Source of the DNA: Geosiphon pyriformis uo1
Taxonomy: Eukaryota; Fungi; Glomeromycota
NCBI GenBank assembly: GCA_016748015.1
Contig: JAAOMT010000561.1
Location: 256,026-320,025, forward strand
Direction: 5' to 3'
Length of the DNA stretch: 64,000 nucleotides
The position numbers and the translations under genes are program-made. Within the stretch, counting starts at the first letter, position 1, and each line of letters opens with the position of its first letter. Below, piece by piece: positions 38,311 through 50,771 of the stretch. The notes beneath the pieces are model-generated. The model had not been told where the DNA came from and made no database searches. It saw only the letters and a program-made list of their open reading frames with translations.

Positions 38311-39753
38311 ATTTAAACATATATCGCGTCAAAAAAAAGGACCATAATAGCCTGCTGATTTTCATCTGAAATTATTCTCCCCAATTTAAACTCTCAACAT
38401 ACCAAAATCCTCACCAATCAAAAGCAATGCACAATTTTGGCGAGATTCGTATTTCAATGGATATTCTTCGATTGCCTACACTTTAATCTGTGGGAATCTA
38501 GGAATAGACATCTTGAACATTGCTATGCCGTGTCTTCTAAAGGCACTCTGTCTATTTGTACAAAGTTTTTTTTACATATTATAAATATTTGAACACAGAA
38601 CAATCTATACTATATAGTACTATCTTTTCCTTTTGTGCTAAAATTGTTTCTCTGATCATCCTTCCCTTCACTTCACTACACTTCCCTTCCCTTCACTACA
38701 CTTCCCTTCCCTTCATCAAGCTTAGCCTTCTACACACTTCCTTTTGATGTCTGCATTGAGCATTATCTCAGTGTTCGGGCTTTAATTTTGATCAAATTTT
38801 ATGTTCATGCAACTCACCATACTTTTATTTTAGCATTTTTCAATGCAATCCAAAAAAAAAGTTTTCTCTCTTTATCTAGGTAAATCCTAGTTTTGTGATT
38901 CTTCAATGGGTGATATAAATTACCAATCAAAAAAACCTTTGTTTTATAAATACTATTATCAAAGTATGCACATGTTGATTTTTGTACCACAACTGAAAAA
39001 AGCGCTGATCTGGATTGCAAATTCTAGAAAAAAAAATATCATTAAACGTACCACCATCATCATTAAACTAGATCGTGATATTTTTCGGGTCAAATTTTCC
39101 AAGTGTTCGGGTATAGTCGGTTGAGATTTTGGGTGGCAAATAGTAAGATTTAATTAATAATATAGAGTTCAGGGAAACTTTAGGTCTGGTTTACAGCCCA
39201 CCAAACATTAATAAATATGTAAATATTAGAAATCTCTCAAAGAATCACAATCAAAGTTTAAAATTAAAGGACTGTGTAATACCAAATAAAAATTCTAGTA
39301 AACCTTGCACATCATTGATTTGTTTTTAATGACTTGTTTTTTTCGTTTTCAAAAATACTGTGGAGGTCCGTGATATAGTAAATGATTGGATATTATAATA
39401 TTTTAGGTTCTTTTAATTTTGTGAATCGTGATATTATGTACGGTTTTTTCCAAATGAATGTCTATTAAGGAGAAGAAGGGATTATAGGGAACCAAACTTT
39501 GTTTTTAATGTTTGTTCTTTTTGATTTGTTGAACATGGTACGAAAAAGATTTTAATTAACTCAGTTTTCTGTTATCATTTTAATAGTACTTTTTTTAGGT
39601 TTTTGCAAATATGCCACACGGGTGGTACAACTTTTTTCTGCCCTTAATATTTTTGGCGGGAAAACATCTGGTAATGGGTGAACAAATCAACAGGAGCTAT
39701 ATTTGATTAAATCTTATTGTCTAATAGTAGAGGTGATATTTATGATGTTTGTG

Positions 39754-40215
39754 TCATGTTAACGGATGGATTGCTACTATTTCCTGCAATGCCCGGAGAA
39801 AAATTCCCCGAGCGCCATTTTCATTAGTCTTACAATTTATATATTGCAGATCCTCACATGTTTTGGATGTTTCCACACCAACTTACAAGTCTTGGACGTA
39901 TAAGCTTCATTTTGGATAATAACATGAATTCCTAATTCCTCTGCTTTGGCTATTAAACGCTGTCGAAACCAATAATGTCTAGCCAAGCGTTTTTTGGACT
40001 GATTTCTATGTAATATTTCTTGTTTTTTGATTCACTATGTTATATACCTCGAACAGCAAAATGATGACAACATCGAATTCATGGGTAAAAAAAGCAATAG
40101 CTTTTCTGTGAATTTTATTTTGCAAGTGTTTAATTTTTCGTTACATATATGCTATCGCTTTATCAAGCCTTTTAGCTTTTTTCCTTTTTCCATTTAGAAG
40201 CTGATAATACCATTT
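39754..40215 (-). mobile_element. tnpB: Fanzor (eukaryotic TnpB, Fanzor2/IS607-like) pseudogene A, C-terminal RuvC/Zn-finger part
   Basis: Minus strand: KAKRLDKAIAYM*RKIKHLQNKIHRKAIAFFTHEFDVVIILLFEV; HYWFRQRLIAKAEELGIHVIIQNEAYTSKTC.WCGNIQ (RuvC-II E and CxxC); ENGARGIFLRAL (39822-39787, RuvC-III tail). Contains stops and frameshifts; the second CxxC and DRD are deleted. Confidence 0.9.
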
Positions 40216-40289
40216 TCATTTCTTCTTTTTTGCTTCATCTCACTACTGTATTAAAAACAAATCTGATCAATCCTATACATTATTTTAAG

Positions 40290-43200
40290 AGTTGTTTTTG
40301 AAAATAATTTGGATATATTTTAATTAATAAATTATAATTTAGAATATTTTCTGTTTTCTGGTATTTGTTATAAGTTGTTATTAATTTTTGGTTTTTGTGT
40401 TTTCAATTGTATTTTGTTTATTAATTTGCATTCTACTGTTGATGGCAAGAATATTTTTGGCCAATTTTATATTTACTTAAAATTAATTTGTTAATAAAAA
40501 CCATAAATTTTGCAAAATTAAAAAACAAGACATTTTAAAAAAAAATTGGAACAACAGTGTTAATTATAGTAACCATAATTTTTAAGACTATTTTGCAACT
40601 TGTTTATTTAAAATTTTTTTTATTTAGCAATAATAATAATAATAATAATAGTAATAATAATAGAATTAAAATTTTAGAAACTAGCTTAAGAAAAAAGAAA
40701 ATAAAAATTTACTTTTTTAACAAAAAAAAAGATATTTTTAAGATAATTTATTATTTAAGATTTAAATTGATGTTAAATACTATTTATAAGAGTTTATAAC
40801 AAACTTATTTGTTTGGAATTAAATACTTATACAAAAGCAAAGTTTTCAAGTTTGTATATTATAATTTATACAAATATTAGTAATCTTTTTAGATTATTAA
40901 AACAAAATTATTTTTAAATAATATTAGAATGTTTATTAAAAAAGTTTTACTTTAATAGTTAAAATACAAGGATAATAAAAAAATAAGATAGTTCAATTTT
41001 TTGCACTAAAAAAATTTATTAAAAAGAATTAAAAAATGCAAAAAGCAAAATTTTTATTGCATACTATAATTCCATTTTTTTATGTTAATTTAAAAAAGTT
41101 TTTTATAACTAGATAATAACTAATAATATTAGTTATTATAATATAAAATAAGCAAAATAAAAATTTTATAAATATTTGAAAAAATTAATTAAAAAGTGCA
41201 TTTATTGCTATATAATTTATTATTTAAAATAATTAAAAAATATTTTGAGCTAAGTAAAATATAACAAAAAAAAATTCTTTATTTTTTATATAATTATTTT
41301 GGTTTAAAAAAAATTGAAACTTCTTTAACATTAATTGTTTCATTTTTTCTAAGTAAATATAAATTTAATATATAGTATTTATGTTATTATAATCTTAAAT
41401 ATTCTGAATAAATTGTAATAAAAAGATAATTAAAATTTATATTTTAAAACTATTTTTGAATTTTTTCAAATATTTGTCTTAGTAACATAATTTGGTTTTT
41501 GTTTATCCAAATATTAATTATATAATTCTAAATTTTTATATAATATTTAAAAATTTTAAAAGTTTTTACCTAAAAAAATTCATAATTAACTTTTTTTTCT
41601 CTTTAGTAATTATTAATAAATTTAAAATTTGGTTTAAAATATAAATATTCTATATTGTAAAAAATTCGAAAATATATTATTTATATTTTTTGAAACTTTG
41701 GTATTATTTTTAAAATTAATTAAAATTTTAAGAATAAAAATATTATGTTATTATTTTTGTTAATGATAATTTTTTTTGGTTCGGTAAAATTATTATTGTT
41801 ATTGTCAATAGTTTCAATAGACTTATAATAAACATTGTATTCAAGTACTATATTATTATTGTAGTTATAAATAACATTTTAATAAAAAAAATACAATAAA
41901 TATGAATTTGCTTACTATTTTATCTAATTTTGTTGTTATTTCTATTTAATTACTGCAACAAAATTTCAAAAATTTCAGGTATCTGTTTGATAAGAATTTA
42001 TGATATAATTAATACTAGTTTTTTATTTAATTCAGCTTTCTTTGTAATCTGAACATTTTTGGTTTTTGCAAATTGTATTTTTTTATTAACAAAAAAATTA
42101 AAATGCAATTTAGAAAAAAAATTCGCTATAAAATTTCTGATTTAATATTAATAACTAATTTTTTGTAAAATTATTTGTTATTTTTTTAATAAAATAAAAT
42201 AAAAACTCTTTTTTTTATTGATTCTAAATCCTAAAAAAGCAAAAAAAAGCTTAAGCATATTTTATTACTTTCTTTCTATCTAATTTTTTACAAATTTTTT
42301 TGTTACATGTATAACCAAAAAAAAAGATTTGTTTTAATGTTAAGAAAAATATAATAGATTATAAGTTTAACAAATTTAATAAAAAAACCAAAAAATCTAT
42401 GTTAATATATCTATATTAATAATATTTGTTAGTAATTCAAATATAAAAGTAAATAAATTTGTTATAATTTCTAAAAAGTTTGTATTTTAAGATAATAAAA
42501 TAAGTAGCTTTTAGTAAGAAATTAAGTATTGAAAATATAAAAAATATTATATTAAAAAAATTAGTTTTATTATGAATAAAAATAAGAACAGTATAAATAA
42601 TTTGAATAATATAATACTTGTTTTAAGTTTTTTAAAAAAATAATGAAATTTGAATTTGTAAAATTAAGATTTGTCAAAAAAAATTTTATTAAGTGAATAA
42701 TTTAAATAAATTTTTGCTTTTTTATAATTTTAAAAAATTATTTAATTTATGTTTACATTTGAATTAAGCTTAAACAAAATTAAAAAATTTACTATAGAAC
42801 TTAATATATATATAAATATATACATAAATCAAAAAGTAATTGTAAAAAATATTTTGTTAATATTTTTAAATTGATATTAAAATTAGTCTTTACATATATT
42901 AATATTTTTTTTAATTTTGTTTTAAATATAAGCTATTGATAACTTTTTTCAAGCAAAATTGTATATAAAAAATATACCAATAAAAATAAGTTTAAAACAC
43001 TTATTAACAGCAAAACTATTGATAATTTAAAGCTAAAAAATTAAAAAAAAACATTAAAAAATTAAAAAAAATAATAATGAATTTAATAGAAAATGTAAAC
43101 AATCTTAATTTATCTTTAAAATTTTATAAATTACTGTTTTAATTAACTTAAAAGATTGTTATTTATAATATATATAATTAAAAAAATTCTTTTAAACAAG

Positions 43201-44520
43201 AAAATATTATTAGATAATATAAACAATTTATTATTTATTATTACTGAAAAATCAAATTATGTTTTAAAAAAATCAAAATATTTATTTTTAGTTTAAATTT
43301 TAGATAATATTATCATTAAATATATATACAAAGTTTTTAAAATATTAAATTTACTTTTGTTAATTTATCTGTCATTTAAAAATAAGCTTTTGGTTATGTT
43401 TCAGAATTTTTATACAAAAGTCTTTTTAAATATGAAATTAAAACAACTAATAATATATGTACTATAATTGTTAAGATAATAAACATAAATTTATTTATAG
43501 TATTAAATAATAATTTTAAAGAATTAGTTATTCTATTATAAGTTTAACAGCATACACAGTTTAAAATATAAATAAATAATTTAATAGCTTTTCGCAATAA
43601 TAAAATTAATACTAATATTAGTATTTAATAATATTTAAAAAAACAACTAAATTATTAGTAACAATATTATGCTATTGATTTTTGCAAATTATATATAACT
43701 GTATTAATATTTAAATACCTTCTAGTAACAAGCAATATTATTATTATTTAATTTATTATTATTATTTAGTTTTATATATGATTTTAGAAAAATTAATGAT
43801 AATAAATCAAATTAAATAAATGGATTAAATCAAATATATATATTATTTTTTTATCACATTTTATTTAGCATAGTTCCAATCGTTATATATGTACATAAAA
43901 CATATACATGTCTTAAAACAAATACAGTTTATTATGTTATAATATTTTATTTTTACCAGTTCAAATAGATTGGCAAATTTTAATTAATATATTTTTTTTA
44001 AATTTTAATTTTAACAATATCTCTTTTGAGAATTTTGATCTAACATTATTTACTTTAGAATTAAAAAAACAATATGTATATTGATCATAAAACTTGTAAA
44101 TTATTTTAATAATTTAAAAAAATTCACAAAGTACAAAAAATACTAAAATTTTAATACAATTAATAATTTCTAAAAATAAAGAAATTAAAAATCAAATTAT
44201 AGTTTATATAAATATTTAAAAAATTGAAAACACATTTTGAATTCATTGAACAATAATGTTTTATTAAAAAAAATTATATATAAAAAATGTTTTCTTAAGA
44301 AAAAAATTTATGCTAATTTATATTAACCCAAAAACAAGATATAAAAATAAGCCAACTCACTTTTCTACCTTTTTTTTTAACCTTTTTGTATTTTTTAAAA
44401 TGTTTTACAATATATATTTATTAATCATTGTTTTTAAATTCATTGATTTACTAACTTTATTATCTATGTGTATCAAAGTTTTAATTAAAAAGTGCTTAGT
44501 TTTTAATGTTTAAGAAATTA
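40290..44520. other. extremely AT-rich block between the two Fanzor remnants
   Basis: Very low GC and no credible ORF; family not assigned. Confidence 0.5.
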
Positions 44521-44919
44521 GGTAGATTTGTTTTGGATATAAAAATTATTATAGCAATTTTCAAGGTGGCTTGAAATGGTAAATTGAGGATTTTATGAGA
44601 GGTTTTTGGTTTTCGTGTTTTTGTGTTTATTTTAAAAGGCGGTTTGAGTGGTAAACACTAATAATTAACATTTTAAATTTTTCTGATAGGATGTCAAACA
44701 ATCTCTTTAATAGCTTCTGAACAAAAGAGAAAACAAAGGTTGAAAGAGTGGCAAGCAATATTACAATATGATTTATCTTTCTTTCCAGTTACGTATGTGA
44801 TTGTATCAAAATGTTTCATTATCATTATGGTATTGTTTTTTTTTTCGTATTTTCACACTTTTCATTACATCAACAAAAACAATTTTTAGTCCAATTTTTA
44901 ATTTTTTTTAGAAGAAAAA

Positions 44920-45516
44920 TAAATGCATGCTATGACATTTCGATTTCGAAACTAAACCCAGAAACATTAAGCGGTCCTACCTACACAAACCCAAACAAAC
45001 AGATTCGGCCATGGCTCTTATTAATCCTGTATTCTCCCTCTAAAAGGTGCGTAAATAGCCTCTGGTAACAACGGACGAATTTTTCGCCTTTCAAATATAT
45101 GAATGACCTTCTTTCGAAAAAAGCCCAACTGGCTGTTTCTCATTCAAAGCATAAGAAACGCAGGGTCCAGCAACTGGAAAAATTAGTCTCTACCACACGA
45201 CGAAAGATTCTGCATCTGCAGAATGAAATCCACAGGAAAGCGATCGTGTTTTCACTCGTTGTTTGAGGTGTCAAACATGACAAATTGTAGGTGAGAAAAG
45301 AATGTCTGGTAGGTACACTAATGTTTTCGTAAATATCTGATAGTCAAGGCCGAGGAGTTAAGAGTCGGTCTTGTCATCCAAAATGAGGTTTATGCATCTA
45401 AGGCTTGTGACTGGTTTAAATAAGATAAAAATCATTTGAAGGTCAGAAGTGTAAAACTGACAAAATTGCGGGGCTGTAATGGACAGGGATGAAATGGTCT
45501 TCTTCTTAGGTCATGG
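44920..45516 (+). mobile_element. tnpB: Fanzor (TnpB-like) pseudogene B
   Basis: Plus strand, mixed frames: ALINP (possible RuvC-I remnant, ~45014), YSPSK, GRIFRL, RRKILHLQNEIHRKAIVF, LFEVSNM, FRKYLIVKAEELRVGLVIQNEVYASKACDW, QNCGAVMDRD-NG..LLR (45462-45510). Collinear with copy A. Confidence 0.87.
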
Positions 45517-46487
45517 ACATACTCATGAAGACTTTGATCAAATTCTAAATTTTTTGATAATACATTAGAAAGTAAAGGATATCTTTTTCAAACTTCAATG
45601 TTGATATAACGGGAAAACCTGAATCTACGCAAATGCTTCGTTCATACAATTCTATTCTTCACCGATAATGCATTCCACAAAATGTTATATTGTTTAAATG
45701 TTAACATAAAAAAAAAAACTGAGTCTATTGCTTCAAATAATTATTTAATTTTAAAAATATTTACACCAATTTACAAATTTTTTGGTAGAATGAAATTTTT
45801 TGTTTTAAAGATACCTCCATTTATCAATTATTGAAGTACCGATTCAAAACACACATTTTTGGGCTTGCCAGGTCTAATAGGGGTTTAAGTTCCAGTCGTT
45901 TGAAATTGAGTGCTGAGCTGATATCATTGAGAAGTTCATAGGTTGGAAATCGAGAAAGGAGGTGTCGCTTTTGTCGCCGAAATGCTGTTTTGTTATCAGA
46001 GATATGCGTATTTTGGATGGATATATCTTTGGCGTTGATCTTTCCTTGCTTAAGTCAATGACGTTAGGTTGACGAGCATTACTAAGCAACTGGGCAGTAT
46101 TTTTTATTTATAAGCTTATTCAGCAAACATTTTCAGTGTCAAGAATCCTATCCTTTTTTTAAAAACAGCCAAAATAATAAATTAGGGCCTGAACCAAATT
46201 ACCGTCTATAACATTTTGCAAACTCCAAGTTTCTAACACAAAGAAAATTTTGCGCTTCAAAACTGTATTTTATCATTATGAGGAATGATTTAAATATTTA
46301 TCAAAAAAGGTAATAAAACTTTTCAAAGTTAAAAAGATATATTTGTGTGTGTATAATCCTTTTAAGCTACTTCTTTTTCATTACGAATGAATAGATGTAT
46401 AATAGGAAATTACATCTGGACAAATTATAAAATCATATAAAAATTAAATTAATAATTATCGGAGCAGCTCCTATTACTTAAAACCAA

Positions 46488-46669
46488 CTCGACTAGCTCA
46501 ACGGTTAGAGCACTAGGCTGGCACTTATGGCCTCAAGGTTCAATCCCAGCTTGTTATGACAAAAGTCATAATAACCTGTGAGTGTACATCAGATGACGTA
46601 CCCTCAAACCCTTGAGATACAATACCTAAGTCCACCTAGAGATGTGTGGTTCAAGTCCACACGTCGAGA
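46488..46669 (+). ncRNA. tRNA-like element with ~110-nt structured insertion in the anticodon loop (nominal anticodon GGC if the insert is a 37/38 intron)
   Basis: Acceptor CTCGAC/GTCGAG; D-arm GCTC-AACGGTTA-GAGC (A-box); anticodon stem CTAGG (46513-17)/CCTAG (46635-39); T-arm GTGTGG-TTCAAGT-CCACAC (B-box). No poly-T terminator immediately downstream. Confidence 0.65.
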
Positions 46670-48577
46670 TTAAATATTAAATTCTTGACTTCTTAAAAAC
46701 GTTTAGAAAACTCGTTACAAAAAATGATTGTCTTTGATTTCTTATCAAAGAGAAAATCTGTTATCTGAGGATCTCGATTCTTTCAGGGATCAGTTTTTTT
46801 TTTGAATTACCAGCAAGGTATTAGCTTTTGAAAGCTTTTAAAAGCTTTTAATTATTTTAACAAATTGGCATTTACTTTAAGGTATTAATCTGGTCTGGTT
46901 ACATTTGGGCACTGTAAATCTTGACTCTTGAGCCATATTATAAGACCAAATATGTATTCTGAATCTGAAACCAATCTTCCATCCATAGGTGACACTTAAG
47001 TCTAAAGCATTCTTAGATAGTAAAAAAATGAATAATAACGATATAAGTAAAAGTATAAAATATGTTTGAAGTATTTTGAACCAAATATTTTTTTTAGGGA
47101 TATATTTTATATGTCAATGTTTTTGAATGAAAATGCCCTATAAATTATTAAGGTATTTATTTCATCTCAATTAATTGTACTAATTTGAATGTTTATAATT
47201 GGTATTATCTTATTCTGTATTTGACATATTTTTTTAATTTTCCAAATGCTAGTAAGGTTATTTTGAATTATTAGTTAAACAGGTGTGTTTTAAATCAAGG
47301 TGTAATTTTCCAGTTGAGATGATTGATTCTTTGCAGAAATTCAGATCTTGAAATTTTTTAAATGATTTTAAATATTGAAAAATCAATATATATTTTTTAT
47401 ACATATTCATTAAATTGTTAGCTTTTTTTATAAATAGGTATTAAATAATTATAAAATTTTTAAAGTCACATGATAAAATTCATAAATATTTAGTTTTTAT
47501 TATTAAATAAAAGATGTTAATACGAGTAATCTTAACAAGTAAATATTTAATTATAATATATTTAAATATCAATGATAATTTTTATATTATCACTATCTAT
47601 GTAAAAACCCTAAAATTATTGAGAATTTTTTGGAAAATTAAAACAGGAGAAGCTGTAAATAAGAAGACACTTATACAATTAATTCACGGTTTTACCAAAG
47701 TAAAAAATTTCTATATATTTTCAATGGTGAGCCAAAAAAAATTAGTGTTCTCAATACCTAACTGCTGAAAGTTTATAATAACGAGTAAAATCTCACTGTT
47801 AAAATAATTCACGGTTGTAGCCAATTAGAAAAATCCCTCACCCATTTAAAAAAAAAACAATTCCTTTAAAAGCATACACCTAAATATATTATTGTTTATG
47901 CTGGTCTTCTTCAAATTCAAAAATTTAGAATATTTCGGGATCATTAAGGTCAACAATAATAAGTTATAAATTTAATTTAGCACGACAAAATTGGATTTCT
48001 AGTAAACTGATACGAGCTATTTGTTTTAACGCAATTCTGAAAGACTTGAAATTCGACCATTTCCTCACTGCATTCATAAGGTCATATTTATGCTCTAGGT
48101 TACATGAAAATCATGTTTTTTTATACGATAATGCTATATCACTCCCGGCAACAATGAGATATCTAATACTTGTCATACCATACTTATTTATTCTCCTCCA
48201 AGTAATTTTTAAAATTTCTTTTTCGTCATATGCAGACTGTTGAATCATCCGATCAAAAGCAATTCAATTTAACGTTGTGGAATCCCCTAAATCGATACCT
48301 TTTTTTTAAAGTGTCACCATCCTATTTTTAATTGGTAGCACTAAAATTACAAATAACCAATGGAGAATCATCACCCCAGTTTAATTCTGCAATGAAAAAT
48401 AATATTTAGTATTGATTTCTGCAAACATTGTTAGTGACCTTTTGAAATCTTCACCTATCACGCTTTATTCTTTCCTTTTATTTTTTCCATAGCGCTTGTT
48501 TTTTACCGAAGAGAGAATTCAAGTTAATTTAAGTTTTCACAGTCCCTTTTAACTTAATTACCCATCATTTTAATAAA

Positions 48578-50135
48578 ATGACTTCAAAATACCTATCAAT
48601 CTTATGCAATGATTTCGCACAAATGCTCGAAAATAGTGACGATTATAATGTGATCATCGAAGTTGGTGAAGCACCAGATATTAGATTCTTCAAAGCACAT
48701 AACAATATTTTGAAAGCGAGATGTCCATATTTCAGAGCGGCACTGTCCAGCAAATGGTCAAAATTTCATCCAGAAAATGGAATGTTTGTTTTCAGAAAAC
48801 CTAACGTGTCACCGGCTGTTTTTGCAATCATCCTAAAGTATTTTTTGGAAATCAATCTTATGAATATTTTTAAAAGAATTCAATCTGATTTCAAATTGAT
48901 TATTTAGATACATATATACCGGTTTACTTTCTCTTTCCGAGACTGCTAGCTACGACATAATGGATTTGCTGATAACAGCAGATGAGATGGTTTTAATGGA
49001 CCTGTTTGACCACGTCCAGGAATATTTGATTTCATTTCGATCAAACTGGATTTTAAACAATTTCACTTTGGTTTGCTCCACCGCATTTCAATACGATCGA
49101 TTCAACTTACTTCAAACTCATTGTCTCGATTTGCTATGCAAAGATGCTGCTCAATTTTTTCAGCCGGAATATATGTCCTTTGTCAATGAGACTTTTTTAA
49201 TTTCTGTGCTGCAGCGCCCGGACCTGGAAATGGACGAAATTGATTTATGGAAGTACTTGATTGATTGGGGAATTGCACAAACAAAGATACCTTACTCACG
49301 GGATGATTTATCGAAATGGTCTGATGATGAATTTTCAAAATTGAAATTAGCATTAGCAAATTGTATTCCATTAGTGAGATTTTCCAATATTTTACCCAAT
49401 CAATATCACCGACATATAAAAGCATTTCATCGTATTTTTCCTTGCTCCCTTCTCAATGAACTTCAACTCCATTTCTCACCCAATAAAAGAATCTCTTTTA
49501 TTGCTCCACCGCCACGAATGAACGGCATCAATTCTGTCCTACTAAAAACAAGACACTTGGCATTATTAGGACATTGGATTGGTAGAAAAGACTCGAACCC
49601 ATTTAAAGATGATAGCATAGTACACGATTTTCGAACCCTTCCATATCAGCTCAAACTCTTGTTACGAGGGACTCGAGACGGATTTTCTCCTTCGGCATTT
49701 CACAATAATTGTGATAATCAAGAAGCGACAGTGGTAGTGATGAAGATTCAAAATAATGGACATTTGATTGGTGGATACAATCCTTTTGGGTGGAATTCGG
49801 GAAATAAATGGGGGAGTGCACGGAATAGTTTCATATTTTCGCTTTCAGACGGAGTAAATTTACAGAATGCTATATTGTCTCGAGTTCAAGATCCAAAACG
49901 GGCGGTGTTATGCTCACAGGCTATCGGCGCATGTTTTGGAAGTGGAGATTTGGTAATGGGTGGCTACAGGGGGGATTTTGACATGGATTTGGCATGTTCC
50001 TCGAATCCTCAATCTTATGAACATCCGATCACCGATCTGGATCGGTTTTCTGTTGAGGAGTATGAAGTTTTCAAAGTGGTAAGGCGGTTGAAGACATGTC
50101 GAAAAGCAATCGATTTTGATCTAAGAGATGATTGA
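48578..50135 (+). CDS. BTB/POZ-BACK-TLDc domain protein, divergent paralogue (~495 aa; exons 48578-48837, 48908-50135)
   Basis: DYNVIIEVGE, FKAHNNILKARCPYF, ILK|YIYTG, LLRGTRDGF, LIGGYNP, SFIFSL, EEYEVFKV. The intron is at the same phase-2 position as in copies 1-3. Confidence 0.93.
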
Positions 50136-50771
50136 AAGAAATTTTTGGGCACTTAAATAACATTTATTCGGAATTTGAATATGTACAGTTTAGTTATGAA
50201 AAAGCTGATCCCACCTAAAAGAAAAAGATTGATTATCTGTATAGCAATAACACCAAAAATAACTGATTATCGCAACTCTCCAGAAAAATTTTAATAATCA
50301 ACATCACTTGTGAATCAAAAAATCTAAATAGATTACACCAATCTATACAACTCGAGCTTCTAACCACTGAGCTGAAGTAGCGGGGATTGGATTCTACATC
50401 TGTTTTCTCAAAGCTTAATCATCAAAATTGAACTGAGCAGAAAAAATCTCGTATGCACACCTACGATTTATTTATTTTTCCCATGTAATTCGGAAATCTG
50501 TAATGCAGTTCAAATTCGTTTACAAGTTCAATTCGCAATTACCTTGCATGAAATCATGCAGTTGAGTTTAAATTAGTTTCGATTACTTGAAATTCGTAAA
50601 TGACTTCTAATGATAATGGGTAATTTGTATTGTAAAACCCATGAATTATGTGATAAATGGAAAATCTTTCCATTTTGCGGAATAGGTTAATTTCTTCTGC
50701 CACTATTAATCTACATTTCTTGGGAACCTGAAAAATCCCAACTTTTAATTTACAATAAAATGAAATATTTG

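Noticed and set aside
45870-46100. GC-richer patch and 71-aa ORF downstream of Fanzor B
   Set aside because: No recognisable motif in the frames I read; cannot link it to the Fanzor.
46524-46633. Group I intron in the tRNA-like element (TCAGATGACGTA and TAAGTCC resemble R/S elements)
   Set aside because: Too short, no P4-P6 or P9, and splicing at a U|..G| boundary does not restore a 7-nt anticodon loop.
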